IMG/VR virus record: IMGVR_UViG_3300006754_000007
DNA: 64,000 nucleotides
From: an uncultured virus (IMG/VR IMGVR_UViG_3300006754_000007)
Lineage: Duplodnaviria; Heunggongvirae; Uroviricota; Caudoviricetes
Reading direction: 5' to 3' (one strand)
Part shown: one piece after another, positions 47,471 through 57,062 of the stretch
Layout: the number at the start of each line of letters is the position of its first letter
Numbering within the stretch: position 1 is the first letter of the stretch
Notes under the pieces: model-generated
The model's database searches: none
What the model was told of the DNA's origin: nothing
The model's input: the letters and a program-made list of their open reading frames with translations, nothing else
Position numbers and translations under genes: made by a program

Positions 47471-48664
47471 ATGACTGCCAAGCTCATCGACCCCCGACCT
47501 GAGTGTGCCCTTTGCGGCCACAAGTCCCACTTCATGGGACCGCACCTCGCTCAGGAACACGGCATGACTCTTCACGAGTACGTCCTTGCCAATCCCAAGG
47601 CTCCGACCGTCAGCCAGCAGTACCTGGACCACGTTGAGTCCGAGTACAAGGGTATGCGTCGGAACGGTGCCCCGGCCATCACCGACCTGACCGTAGATAT
47701 GTGCGGCTTCTCGGTTCCGGTGGACGCTGGCTCCGACCCTGACACCTGCGCCATCATCCCGCAAGCGTACCGCTTCCCCACCAAGGGCAAGGCGCGGGAC
47801 ATGATGAAGGATGCCGTCATGGACATCCTCGATGGCCTCAACGTCTACATCTGGGGCTTCCCCGGAACAGGTAAGGACGGCTTCCTGCTGGCCCTCTCTG
47901 GCATGGCTCGCAAGCCTCTGGTGATGAACAACATCGTTCCTGACCGTGACATTGGCCCCTGGTTCTACCAGCGGTCGATGGACAAGGACGGCACTGGCTG
48001 GGACTTCGGCCACCTCTGGAACGTCGTCACCAAGGGCATCATGGGCCGTGACGGTGTGGCTCGCCCCGCCATCGTAGTCCTGACTGACCTTGACCGGGCT
48101 GACCCGGCACAGGTCGAGTGGCTCCGTCTGCTCATGGACAGCACTCAGGGTCGCATCGTCGGTCCCGAAGGCGAGGTCGTCAACGTGTTCCCCGGAACGC
48201 AGTTCGTCGCCACTGCCAACACCAATGGCTCCGGTGATGACCGAGGCCGCATGGTCAGCGCAGGCTGCTTGGACGCCTCCATCCTGGACCGCTTCGACAG
48301 CGCCGTTCAGTTCTCGTACCTGCACTGGGATGACGAGGTGGTTGTGGTCCGTGAGAAGTTCCCCGAGTTGGCCGAGAAGGCTCCCCAGTTCATCGAGCAG
48401 GTGGGCAACGCCACTCGCGCTCTCCGCGAAGCCATCGACAAGGATGAGCTTTACGCAGAGTTCAGCCACAGGGCAGTCTGCTCCGTCCTCTCCCGTGCCG
48501 AGCGTATGCTCCGTCGGGACGACTCGATGCCTGCCAAGTTTGGTGCCCGAGCCTTCCGTGCCTGGACGCACAAGCTGGACGCTGACAACCGCCTCATCGC
48601 CCGTCGCCTCATCGACCCCCACTTGAGTGGTGGTGCCTTGGACGATAGCTCTGACACCTACTAA
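47471..48664 (+). CDS. CobS/MoxR-like AAA+ ATPase with N-terminal C2H2-like finger
   Basis: CALCG..HLAQEH; GFPGTGKD; VATANT.G.GD; LDASILDRF; class I motif 47380-47405. Confidence 0.85.
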   Translation: MTAKLIDPRPECALCGHKSHFMGPHLAQEHGMTLHEYVLANPKAPTVSQQYLDHVESEYKGMRRNGAPAITDLTVDMCGFSVPVDAGSDPDTCAIIPQAYRFPTKGKARDMMKDAVMDILDGLNVYIWGFPGTGKDGFLLALSGMARKPLVMNNIVPDRDIGPWFYQRSMDKDGTGWDFGHLWNVVTKGIMGRDGVARPAIVVLTDLDRADPAQVEWLRLLMDSTQGRIVGPEGEVVNVFPGTQFVATANTNGSGDDRGRMVSAGCLDASILDRFDSAVQFSYLHWDDEVVVVREKFPELAEKAPQFIEQVGNATRALREAIDKDELYAEFSHRAVCSVLSRAERMLRRDDSMPAKFGARAFRAWTHKLDADNRLIARRLIDPHLSGGALDDSSDTY

Positions 48665-48763
48665 CCCCAAGGGGGTTCCTGCCCCCTTACCACCCCGTAT
48701 AGAGAACAGTACCCCCAACCACCTCGCGCCTCAGCTTCGGCACAGGCCACAGGAGACCCAGCC

Positions 48764-49654
48764 ATGACAACCGCTCCCTACACAGTTCCCACAGCCCACT
48801 ACCCCAAGCAGTGGCGGCTCATCGTCCTTCACGCCATCGTGGAAGCCTCCCGCTTCGTTCCTGGCCGAGAGGTTGGCTGGGACTCGCTCATCCACAACAT
48901 CGAGGCTCTGGTTCCCGGTGTGGATTGGGATGCCTACGGAACGACTCGCAGCGGCAAGAACGCTGCGTACAGCAAGGGACTCCGGGCCATCACGCTGACT
49001 GCCGGTGTCCTCAAGCAAGAGGGACTCATCGAGTGTCCTCGTCGCCGCTACTACGCCGCTACGCAGGCTGGCATCGACCTCATCAAGAGCAACATGCCCT
49101 ACCAGGACGAGAACACTCCGCATGAGACGGACACGGTGCCTGAGCCTGAGGTGGTGGTGCCTGAGCTTCCGGCCATCGAGGCTCTGACCATCGAAGCCGT
49201 GAATGAGGGCCTCTGCTGGCTCCCTCCGGTGGAGCGGTCAGCGCAGGTGGTGGAAGACACCTACCTCCATCGCCTTCAGGTTGATAGCACCCGGTGCTAC
49301 GGCCACTTCTCTCCCCGCTCCAAGTCCTGTGAGGGTTGCCCCTTGCTGGAAGCCTGCAAGGCTGCTGTCATCACTACGATGGCTTCCCTGCTGGAAGAGG
49401 CTGATGCGGCCTTCGAGCGTGGCCTGCAAGAGCAGGCCAGGGGCGACATGCCCACTCCCACTCTCCCTGTGGTTGACCAGCAGGAAGCTGCTGCTGAGGC
49501 TCCCGCTGAGACGCCTCTCCCTGACGGGTCCACCGCGATTCCCGCCTACTTCGATTCGCCCTGCTCCGGTTGTGGCGCGATCATCAACAAGGGGCAGGAT
49601 GCAATCCACATCCCCGGTAAGGGGCTGTTCCACAAGGGCTGCGCGAGCAACTAA
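48764..49654 (+). CDS. Mrr-N-like winged helix plus Cys clusters
   Basis: LKQEGLIECPRRRYYAATQAG; CYG..CEGCP..C; CSGC..H..C; class I motif 48674-48699. Confidence 0.65.
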   Translation: MTTAPYTVPTAHYPKQWRLIVLHAIVEASRFVPGREVGWDSLIHNIEALVPGVDWDAYGTTRSGKNAAYSKGLRAITLTAGVLKQEGLIECPRRRYYAATQAGIDLIKSNMPYQDENTPHETDTVPEPEVVVPELPAIEALTIEAVNEGLCWLPPVERSAQVVEDTYLHRLQVDSTRCYGHFSPRSKSCEGCPLLEACKAAVITTMASLLEEADAAFERGLQEQARGDMPTPTLPVVDQQEAAAEAPAETPLPDGSTAIPAYFDSPCSGCGAIINKGQDAIHIPGKGLFHKGCASN

Positions 49655-49681
49655 GCCAGCCTATTCACTACAGAGGTAACC

Positions 49682-50152
49682 ATGAACTCAGTCCGCGAAC
49701 TGATCCAGGACGCAGAACAGATGGTAGCTACAGGCTCTCCCAAAGAGATTGCGGCTACAGCCCTGGCTCTTGCAGCCCTGAGCGACTCTATCCAGAAGGC
49801 TCTTGACCCGCTCAAGACTCGCTTGCGAGAGGAGGCTACTCGAAGCCTGGGAAGCCACCTCGGTGCTGACCTTCCCTACTCCTACGACTTCGAGCTTCCT
49901 GAGGGCAAGGTCGTTGTCACCATTCCCAAGAGGACCGTGAAGCTCTCCAAGAGCACTGACATCGACGGCCTCCAGGCCATGCTGGGTGACCAGTTCGCTG
50001 TCTACTTCGAGACTGTGGTGAACCACAAGCCTCGTAGGAACTTCCCTGACCTCATCCAGGCCAGGGTAGCCAGTGACGGCGTGAGGGACCTGCTGCTCAA
50101 GTCCATTGACCAGAAGGACTCCACACCTCGTGTGTCCTTCAAGCCCACCTGA
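49682..50152 (+). CDS. Hypothetical protein
   Basis: GAGG RBS; coiled N-terminus; TPRVSFK end. Confidence 0.7.
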   Translation: MNSVRELIQDAEQMVATGSPKEIAATALALAALSDSIQKALDPLKTRLREEATRSLGSHLGADLPYSYDFELPEGKVVVTIPKRTVKLSKSTDIDGLQAMLGDQFAVYFETVVNHKPRRNFPDLIQARVASDGVRDLLLKSIDQKDSTPRVSFKPT

Positions 50153-50224
50153 GGAAGAGGCAGCTATGCCCACCCCCACCCACACCGAACGGGCTGCTGC
50201 ACAGGCGGCGATGATGATCGCCTG

Positions 50225-50548
50225 TGTTCGTTCGTTCGTGTGGGGGAGGGGTATTTATGTAGTGCAGAGGTTCGTTCGTGTAGGCACGAACGAACCGAAG
50301 CGAACGAATGAGGCACGAACACACAATGTCTGATGATGATGGCCACAAGCCGAAGCGAACGAACGAGCCTGGGGAGGCGGTCCCCCGTGTCCTCATCTGT
50401 GGGGCCAGCGGCCATGCCCAGGAGTTGGAGTTGGTGATGGCATGGCTCCACGCCTGTGTGTCCTCTGTTCGTACCCGTGCCCATGCGGACTACGTTGTGA
50501 AGCATGTCCCGGCAGTCGTGGCTTTGATGGCGTGGCGTTCGTTCGTGC
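50225..50548. repeat. GTTC/GAAC micro-repeat cluster in both orientations
   Basis: GTTCGTTCGT several times; perfect hairpin GGTTCGTTCGTG-TAGG-CACGAACGAACC at 50269-50296. Confidence 0.75.
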
Positions 50549-50728
50549 GGGGTGAGGCGTAGCCAAGGATGGACGAACCGACATGAGGTTCGTGTCGGAG
50601 GCCCCCCACCCCCCAACCTGTCAGAACCGGGCAGAAAACTTTTCACATCGATCTGAGGTACAGAATCCAGCACATTGAAACCGCACTGAAAATCTCAAAC
50701 TGCTCCCCAACTCCTTTTTAGGACCTAC

Positions 50729-51178
50729 ATGAAAGACGACCCCAGAAGCAAGAAGGCTGCTCAGCAGGCCCAGGAGCAAGAGCAAGAGCAGCAAGGTGCT
50801 GATGCAGTTGTAGAAGAGGTGGGGGAATCAAACGGATTCCGGGACCGCAGAAAGGGCGAGGTGCTCAAAGAGGGGCAGTTCGCGGTCTTTCGGTGGTCCG
50901 ATGCAGGGCAGTACGACCCGGAAGGGAAGCAGTGGTTCGTCGGGATAATCCTGGAGGTCTGCTACCCGGACCACGAAGAGCTTGAGGACGTAGAGCAGGA
51001 CAAGGACGGCTGCTGCCCCAACTGTGGGACTCGGATCGAGTACCCGTCGTACCGCGTTCTGTGTGAAGACGGCATCGAGCGCAGCTTCATGGACCACGAG
51101 GAGTACTTCCCCAACTCCGAATGGTCGGAGGAAGTGGGGGAGTGGGTTCCTGGTGAAGATGCGTGGATGGTTCACTGA
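50729..51178 (+). CDS. Acidic protein with Zn ribbon
   Basis: CYPDH..CCPNCG. Confidence 0.65.
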   Translation: MKDDPRSKKAAQQAQEQEQEQQGADAVVEEVGESNGFRDRRKGEVLKEGQFAVFRWSDAGQYDPEGKQWFVGIILEVCYPDHEELEDVEQDKDGCCPNCGTRIEYPSYRVLCEDGIERSFMDHEEYFPNSEWSEEVGEWVPGEDAWMVH

Positions 51179-51179
51179 G

Positions 51180-51464
51180 ATGGCGAAGTCGAACTGGGTG
51201 GAGACCTCCTACATCATCGGAGACACCGAAATCATCATCCCCCTTCGGTGTTGTATCGAGGCTCGCAAGAACCGCCTGCGTACCCTGATTCAAAAGTACA
51301 ACGAGGACCAGGACCAATGGGTGCTGGTCCACAAGAGCGCGTGGGTCAAAAGCTCTCGTGCCCACTACTTGCCGGAAAGCAGACTCGATGAAGCAGCGTG
51401 CCACATTGCTGACACCATCGAGGACGTCGTAGCCAAGGGTGTCTTGGAAGGGCTGGGCCGCTAA
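51180..51464 (+). CDS. Hypothetical protein
   Basis: MAKSNWVE start abuts the upstream stop. Confidence 0.6.
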   Translation: MAKSNWVETSYIIGDTEIIIPLRCCIEARKNRLRTLIQKYNEDQDQWVLVHKSAWVKSSRAHYLPESRLDEAACHIADTIEDVVAKGVLEGLGR

Positions 51465-51514
51465 GGGGGGTAGAAAGCAGACGGGGGGCCGTATGAAGAA
51501 GAACGGAGGTCGCC

Positions 51515-51913
51515 ATGTCAGATTCGCCATTCCCCAAAGTAGAGAAAGCTCTCGACAACAAAGCCCTGGAACTCTTGGACGGCTTGGAGAACATCCTCCT
51601 CCCCAACTCCTTTGGCAACGAGCAGTCCCTGGACGAGAAGATGCTTACAGCCATGCTGGGTGCGATCAAAGAACACATCCAAGGGAAGCCGATCCAGTGG
51701 CAGTTCAACATGCCGCACCCCAAGATCGCCCTCATCGGCGCGGGGAAGGTTAGCCAAGAGGATCTCTGCGCTTGCCACGACCAGTTCGACACCCTTATTG
51801 AGCTTGGGGAACCGGGTATGCGTGGAAAGGCGTGGGTCGCAGTGGCTAAGACCCCGGTGGAGGGTATCGAAGTTCAGTTCTTGGAGACCTTCGTCCCTTG
51901 TACTTGGCACTGA
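51515..51913 (+). CDS. Hypothetical protein
   Basis: GGAGG RBS. Confidence 0.65.
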   Translation: MSDSPFPKVEKALDNKALELLDGLENILLPNSFGNEQSLDEKMLTAMLGAIKEHIQGKPIQWQFNMPHPKIALIGAGKVSQEDLCACHDQFDTLIELGEPGMRGKAWVAVAKTPVEGIEVQFLETFVPCTWH

Positions 51914-51923
51914 GGTAGGTCCG

Positions 51924-52157
51924 ATGAGCTTGCGAGACTACGGGCTTCCCGATCCCACACCCATAGGGACACCTACATGGGAAAGAGCACCAGCAGACAC
52001 GCCGCCGTGTCCTAACTGCGGGGGCCATCTGTGTGTGGTGAAAGTAGAAGCGGAAGTTCCCCAGCTTCGTGGAGGCAAAGGCACCTGTACTTACCTGGGA
52101 TGCCCTGCCTGTCCCTACGCTTCTCCCTCGGTGACTTCAGCCGTTCCGAAGAAGTAG
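51924..52157 (+). CDS. Small Zn-ribbon protein
   Basis: CPNCGG..CPACP. Confidence 0.6.
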   Translation: MSLRDYGLPDPTPIGTPTWERAPADTPPCPNCGGHLCVVKVEAEVPQLRGGKGTCTYLGCPACPYASPSVTSAVPKK

Positions 52158-52169
52158 GCGCTGAACGGG

Positions 52170-52195
52170 GGTTCCGCTCCAGTCGTGGGTCCGTA
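52170..52195 (+). promoter_or_regulatory. Class I motif GGTTCC-N16-CGTA
   Basis: Exact match with no downstream ORF. Confidence 0.65.
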
Positions 52196-52340
52196 GGGAC
52201 TACAAGGAAGGAGTCAGCCAAGGAATGAATCGGATTTAGGGCTTGGTCGAATGCCCGGACTCAACGACCACCTGTGACGGCGAGGTAGTCTGACCGTCCC
52301 TCCCGCCCCGTGATGCGTTCCGGGGTGGCAGGTAGCTCTC

Positions 52341-53378
52341 TCACTTCAACTGGACCCAGGCGGTCCACCAGCCCTTCTCATCGTAGTTGACCTGTACAGA
52401 CTTGATGGCCTGCTGGTACGGCTTCAGGTACGGCTCCAATGACTTGCGGAGTTCTTTCCCCTCAAAGTCTACGCCGTCGTCGTATTCCCAGTCGGAGTAA
52501 CTCTCCCAACGGGTGTCCATGCGGGTGCTGGAACTGACGGAAAGACCGCCTTTTCCGATCTCGGCGTCATAACCGCCTTCGCCAACCCTGCTTCCCCAAG
52601 ACTTCAGGGCCGAAGCGATGCCGTATGCGGCATCCATGCGGGTGGTGGTGCGATCTGCTTCCCCAGCAAGACCTGCGTAGCCTTGTAGTTGGGCCAGGAA
52701 GTGCGCCACGGCTTCTTTGGCAGACGTTGCTTTGGCAGAACCCCTACTGGCAAGCTCAACACCTCTGGGAGTCACCGTGTTGACTTCGAGAATCGTCTCG
52801 GCCTTGTTGCCGTGGAGGCTCTCGTCCACGATGCGGAACACAACCTGGAAGGCGGCACCTGTTTGGTTGGTTTTATAGCTGCGTTTTTCGATGGTCCATG
52901 GGAGGACTTGTAGAACCTTCGGGTCTTCGAGCTTTCGCCTGATGCTTCGCTGCACTGAAGCAGCCATCTTCTTGAGGTCTTCAGGCATCGCTTTCTTCGA
53001 GAGGGTGCGGATCATCTTGGCCGCGTCCTTCTCGTGCTTTGAGAATCGCTTCACCATCACGGCGGCGTCCTTCACCGCTCGTTGGGCTGTCTTGTCCTCC
53101 GGGTAGATTTCAAGGAGGGCCGCGATTCGGGATGTGATCTCCTGGGCCTTAGCCAACCCCTTCCTTGCCTTGTGCAACGCATCAAGCTGGGATTGCACTT
53201 CAGTGGAGATGGGAACCGCCGCCATCCGGTAGTGCATCGAAAAAGCATCCGTGACTTCCTCGATGGATTGAGAAAGCTCATCAAGGGCGTCCAGTTCCTG
53301 GAGTGCCTCCGAAAGAGCACGGGGAACCGCCTGCTTCAGGAAGAAGGCCACCGCCACCCGGTGGGAAGAGGGGTTCAT
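52341..53378 (-). CDS. Tagged hypothetical protein
   Basis: MNPSSHRVAVAFFLKQA. Confidence 0.75.
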   Translation of the reverse strand: MNPSSHRVAVAFFLKQAVPRALSEALQELDALDELSQSIEEVTDAFSMHYRMAAVPISTEVQSQLDALHKARKGLAKAQEITSRIAALLEIYPEDKTAQRAVKDAAVMVKRFSKHEKDAAKMIRTLSKKAMPEDLKKMAASVQRSIRRKLEDPKVLQVLPWTIEKRSYKTNQTGAAFQVVFRIVDESLHGNKAETILEVNTVTPRGVELASRGSAKATSAKEAVAHFLAQLQGYAGLAGEADRTTTRMDAAYGIASALKSWGSRVGEGGYDAEIGKGGLSVSSSTRMDTRWESYSDWEYDDGVDFEGKELRKSLEPYLKPYQQAIKSVQVNYDEKGWWTAWVQLK

Positions 53379-53382
53379 GGTT

Positions 53383-54312
53383 CTATTCCTCAAGGCTCAG
53401 GGACCACTTGCCGTAGCCCAGGTTCTGTAGGCCGTAGGAAAGGCCGATGTTCGCCTCCAGCCAGTCTTCGGTCTCGCTTTTGCCTCGTGGGATGTTGTCG
53501 GTGAGGTCCTCGAACACCAACTGCCCGTCCATGCGAGCACCGTCAGAGCCGTGGTTGCGATGGGACACGAAGGACTGGCGTGGGTCCAGTTCCCAGCCAC
53601 CACTCTTGAAGACCCGGCCAGTTTTCTTCAGCAGGTCACCATAGATTTTTTGTAGGCTCGCCATCCCTTGTCGGTACGCAGAATCCCACTCTTTGTGGAG
53701 TGGGATCGCGCTTTGCTTCAGGAAAGCGGCAGCGACTCTCTCAGCACTGGCTTTGGAAGAAGCCTTTCGGGTGCGCTTCATGCCGCCGTCAGCCCAGACC
53801 TCCAGCACCTTCTTGACGAACCTCCTGACGTTGCCGCCGTCCATCTCGATCTCACCGTGCTTGAGATGCTTGAAGTCCCACCAGTCGGCACCCTTTATGA
53901 TCGCCGTGTAAAGGCCCCAGCCTCTCTTGAGTTGTCCGTTGGGGTCGATGTTCCCGGCGATGACGATCTCGGCTTTCCCGAGTGGCCCCTGGATGAAAAT
54001 CTCCATCCCGAGTTCACCGTCCTCGTGCCAATCCTTGCCTTCGCGCACCTTGAACCCCAGCCTTTTCAAGCCTGCCATGACGTCTTTGCCAGCTTCCGTC
54101 CAATCATCGACCGCATCGGAGGCACACTCGTACACTTCGCTCAAGGACATATCGGCGTACTCGGGATTGCTCTCGCAGGGGTCCAGCCGTCTTTCCTCCT
54201 CTCGCCGTCTTTCCTCCTCTCGGCCTGCGTCGTAGCCTGGGTCCTCGGTTGCGTCCCCGTACTGACCAGGGCCACCCCAGTAGGCGAATCGTTTTTCTTT
54301 GCGGTCGCTCAT
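53383..54312 (-). CDS. Tagged two-segment protein
   Basis: Internal KASAERVAAAFLKQSA. Confidence 0.75.
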   Translation of the reverse strand: MSDRKEKRFAYWGGPGQYGDATEDPGYDAGREEERRREEERRLDPCESNPEYADMSLSEVYECASDAVDDWTEAGKDVMAGLKRLGFKVREGKDWHEDGELGMEIFIQGPLGKAEIVIAGNIDPNGQLKRGWGLYTAIIKGADWWDFKHLKHGEIEMDGGNVRRFVKKVLEVWADGGMKRTRKASSKASAERVAAAFLKQSAIPLHKEWDSAYRQGMASLQKIYGDLLKKTGRVFKSGGWELDPRQSFVSHRNHGSDGARMDGQLVFEDLTDNIPRGKSETEDWLEANIGLSYGLQNLGYGKWSLSLEE

Positions 54313-56516
54313 CGCCGTCGCCTCCAGTCGTTCTGGGCCTTCTCTGCGATTTTGATGACTTTGTCCATGGCCTTCCAGGCAGCCTCCAAGAAAGAGGCAA
54401 TCTCTGCGGCAGTCTCAGGGCTAAAGCCACCCATGTCGGGGGTCTCGTGGTTGCCTCGGCTAATACCCCTTGCGAGATCCTGGATGTCCTCATGCCAGTT
54501 CTCTGCGTCTTCCAAGACATCCTTTGCAGTGGGTGCAGCGAACTTCTGAAGCCCAGCAAGAATCCCGCGCCGGTCTTCTGACCCTTTGGGGAGCTTGGAA
54601 GCCAACCGGATCAGGGCTTTTCTATCCTGGAGCTTCATCCCGGCTCCCCCTTGCTTCGAGGCCATATGCGGGGAGTAGCCAGGACCATCATCAGGCCAAT
54701 CGTCCTGGAAAACCTTGATCTTGAAATAGATTCCGTCGTCCCTCTCATTGAAGGAGACCTTGGTGAAGTACGCTTCAAGGTCTGGGTTGAGGCTGTGGGC
54801 AAAGCCACCCTTGTACCCTCTCAGTTGATCACGGAACCTCACCGGGTCCTTGAACCCAAGTTTCTTGAGTTCATCGAGAGCAAGCCGTGCGTGCTTCCCT
54901 TTGTCGCTCTCACCCTCAAAAAACCACACAACCTGATCGGTGTGCTTCCCTTCTTTCCATGCGGAGACCTTGCCACCTTTGCGGGCCAGAGCCTGCTTCA
55001 GCGCCTTTACGGACTCGTGCTTACTCGCTTTCGCCGCTTGTTTCCTGAACTCGGGCCTCGGGTACTTCTTGCCCGTGATGCCTGAAAGCTGTTCCTGGAG
55101 CCGGATGATTTGAACGCCCATCTGGTAGGCTTCAGACCGGGCCTCCTCTGCTTCAGACTCCGCATAAGGGTCACTATCGACGCGCTCCATGAGTTCGTCG
55201 GCTTTTTCCCACAGCCCTTCTCGAAGGGCCTGGGTAACTTGAACATCGCCTTCCAAGTCGCCAATGCGTTCTTCACGCGAAGTCTCGTACTCCTGCTGGT
55301 ACGCCACCAAGACACGATTGACGGCTTTCCCGATGTGATGCCCGAGCGCCTGGATGGTTGCGGATGCGACGTCCGCGAGCGGTGAACCTGTCCCTGCCAA
55401 GGACAGGTTGGGGTCCAGGCTTACGGAGGCCGACCAATACTTCCCCCGTGAGGCACGAACCTTGACCCTCCCAAGCCGACCCAACTCCTTCTTGGCGACG
55501 TTGCTCACAACCTCTACGACGTCTTGCTCCATCTTGGAGATGGGCAATCCAGGCCAGTCCCTCATACGACCACTGGAACTGAGGTCCACGATAACGGTGA
55601 ACTCAGGGGGGTAGTCAGGATTGGGGGCCGTAGAGCCTCCTCCTCGGATACCCATGCTGATGTAACGGACACCAAAGACGGGGCCGTAGTTGAGGGTGAT
55701 GGTTCCCTCGTCGCGGTAGCTGACTTTGGCAGGACCGCTGGCGATAGCTCCCGCCAAGCCTTTCCCGAAGCCGTCGTTGACTTGGCCCCACCACTTGTAC
55801 CAGTTCTTCATGTCTTGGGGGTCGCGTGTACCTGAACCCCCTTGAACGGGTATGGCAGCCAAGATCGTCTTTCGCTCTTCGCTTCCCTTAGGAAGCGAAG
55901 AAGCGAGGCGAATGAGAAGAGAGCGGGAGGTCTTCTTTTTGGGTGGCTTCAGCACACTTTCGGCCTCCTCCAACTCCTCAACGCTCCAGTTCATATTTTC
56001 TTCTGCTCCATCGAGAGCGGAGTCAATGTCACGAAGGACCTCTGGAAGCCCTTCAACTTTCAACTCCCCTTTGAGTTCTCTAATGGCTCCGCGCACATTT
56101 TCTGCGGTGGTCCCAAACTCTTCGGGGTCATCAAACTCGGCACTGCCCATCGCGGAGATGGTGGACATCAGCGACTTTATGCCTGGGGATGCGTTCTCCG
56201 GGATCAGCTTCTTCAGTTTGTTTAGCGAAGGCGTGTAGGGGAACGTCCCGAAAGGGTCTCCCAGCAAGTCTTTCACGCGATCCACGGCGGCGTTCACATC
56301 CTCTTGTGCTTCGGATTGCCCCCCGCTCTCTCCACCTTTGTCCGCTACCGTGTGGTTGTTTGGGTCAGCACCAGGGTGTTCCTTGAGGTGCTTCTTGCGA
56401 GCTTCCTCGGTGGCGTGTTCCTTCGCCAATACAAGCAAGCCCCTTCGCTCTTCGCTTCCCTTCGGAAGCGAAGCAGCAAGGCGAATCAGAGCTTTGCGGT
56501 CTGTGGCTTCAGCCAT
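54309..56516 (-). CDS. Polyprotein-like protein with three LIRLA tags
   Basis: DRKALIRLAASLPKGSEERR; SRSLLIRLASSLPKGSEERK; DRKALIRLASKLPKGSEDRR. Confidence 0.8.
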   Translation of the reverse strand: MAEATDRKALIRLAASLPKGSEERRGLLVLAKEHATEEARKKHLKEHPGADPNNHTVADKGGESGGQSEAQEDVNAAVDRVKDLLGDPFGTFPYTPSLNKLKKLIPENASPGIKSLMSTISAMGSAEFDDPEEFGTTAENVRGAIRELKGELKVEGLPEVLRDIDSALDGAEENMNWSVEELEEAESVLKPPKKKTSRSLLIRLASSLPKGSEERKTILAAIPVQGGSGTRDPQDMKNWYKWWGQVNDGFGKGLAGAIASGPAKVSYRDEGTITLNYGPVFGVRYISMGIRGGGSTAPNPDYPPEFTVIVDLSSSGRMRDWPGLPISKMEQDVVEVVSNVAKKELGRLGRVKVRASRGKYWSASVSLDPNLSLAGTGSPLADVASATIQALGHHIGKAVNRVLVAYQQEYETSREERIGDLEGDVQVTQALREGLWEKADELMERVDSDPYAESEAEEARSEAYQMGVQIIRLQEQLSGITGKKYPRPEFRKQAAKASKHESVKALKQALARKGGKVSAWKEGKHTDQVVWFFEGESDKGKHARLALDELKKLGFKDPVRFRDQLRGYKGGFAHSLNPDLEAYFTKVSFNERDDGIYFKIKVFQDDWPDDGPGYSPHMASKQGGAGMKLQDRKALIRLASKLPKGSEDRRGILAGLQKFAAPTAKDVLEDAENWHEDIQDLARGISRGNHETPDMGGFSPETAAEIASFLEAAWKAMDKVIKIAEKAQNDWRRRR

Positions 56517-56549
56517 GGCAGGGTCTCCCGTTCTTTACCTGCGTGAGCC

Positions 56550-56563
56550 ATAGAAGGTTTACC
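56550..56563 (-). promoter_or_regulatory. Class II motif GGTR-N6-CTAT
   Basis: GGTAAACCTTCTAT upstream of 56516. Confidence 0.5.
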
Positions 56564-56581
56564 GCCCACAGGGAGGAGGGG

Positions 56582-56830
56582 TCAAACACCCTCTCCCTCC
56601 TCGAAAGCGTGGGTGAGTGCTCGCTGTGCCCGGTCAACCTCAGCCTGGGCACTGGTCAGCCGCCTTGTCATGAGCACCTTGCCCAATGCCTTCGCGTCTG
56701 GGATGTCGTCATAGCCCAAGCGTTCGTGCGGTTTAGGGTTGAGGGTGCCTACCAACGCCTTGGTTATGAGGCTGAAGTCTCGGGGTGTTAGCGTGAGGTA
56801 GATGTCATTGGTCTTTGCTGTAACGTCCAT
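56582..56830 (-). CDS. Small hypothetical protein
   Basis: AGGAG RBS before MDVTAK. Confidence 0.55.
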   Translation of the reverse strand: MDVTAKTNDIYLTLTPRDFSLITKALVGTLNPKPHERLGYDDIPDAKALGKVLMTRRLTSAQAEVDRAQRALTHAFEEGEGV

Positions 56831-57016
56831 AGTTTGTTCTCCTGTTGGAACCAAAGGTGAGGCATCCACCAACTGGACCCCTGCAACTACTAATCCGGTG
56901 CCCAGGCAGGAAAATGCAACCTCACCCAGTGAAGAAAGTGAAGAAAACGTCCTGACGGGAGGGGGTCGTATAGAAGGCCCCCTTTTTCTCCCGCTGTGGA
57001 GACCCCTCCCCGATTC

Positions 57017-57030
57017 GGTGGGGTGTCTAT
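57017..57030 (+). promoter_or_regulatory. Class II motif GGTR-N6-CTAT
   Basis: GGTGGGGTGTCTAT upstream of 57063. Confidence 0.5.
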
Positions 57031-57062
57031 TCCGGTAGGGTTCCGAGAAGGAGCACCCTGCT

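Noticed and set aside
43412..48664. Cobalamin biosynthesis (cobS/cobT) assignment
   Set aside because: No cobN or other cob genes; only generic AAA+/VWA similarity, so no gene symbols given
44535..48718. Long antisense ORFs (44535..46211 plus, 47339..48718 minus; likewise 1052..2107, 19482..20579, 30487..31728)
   Set aside because: Shadows of GC-rich genes on the opposite strand that carry the recognisable motifs and RBSs
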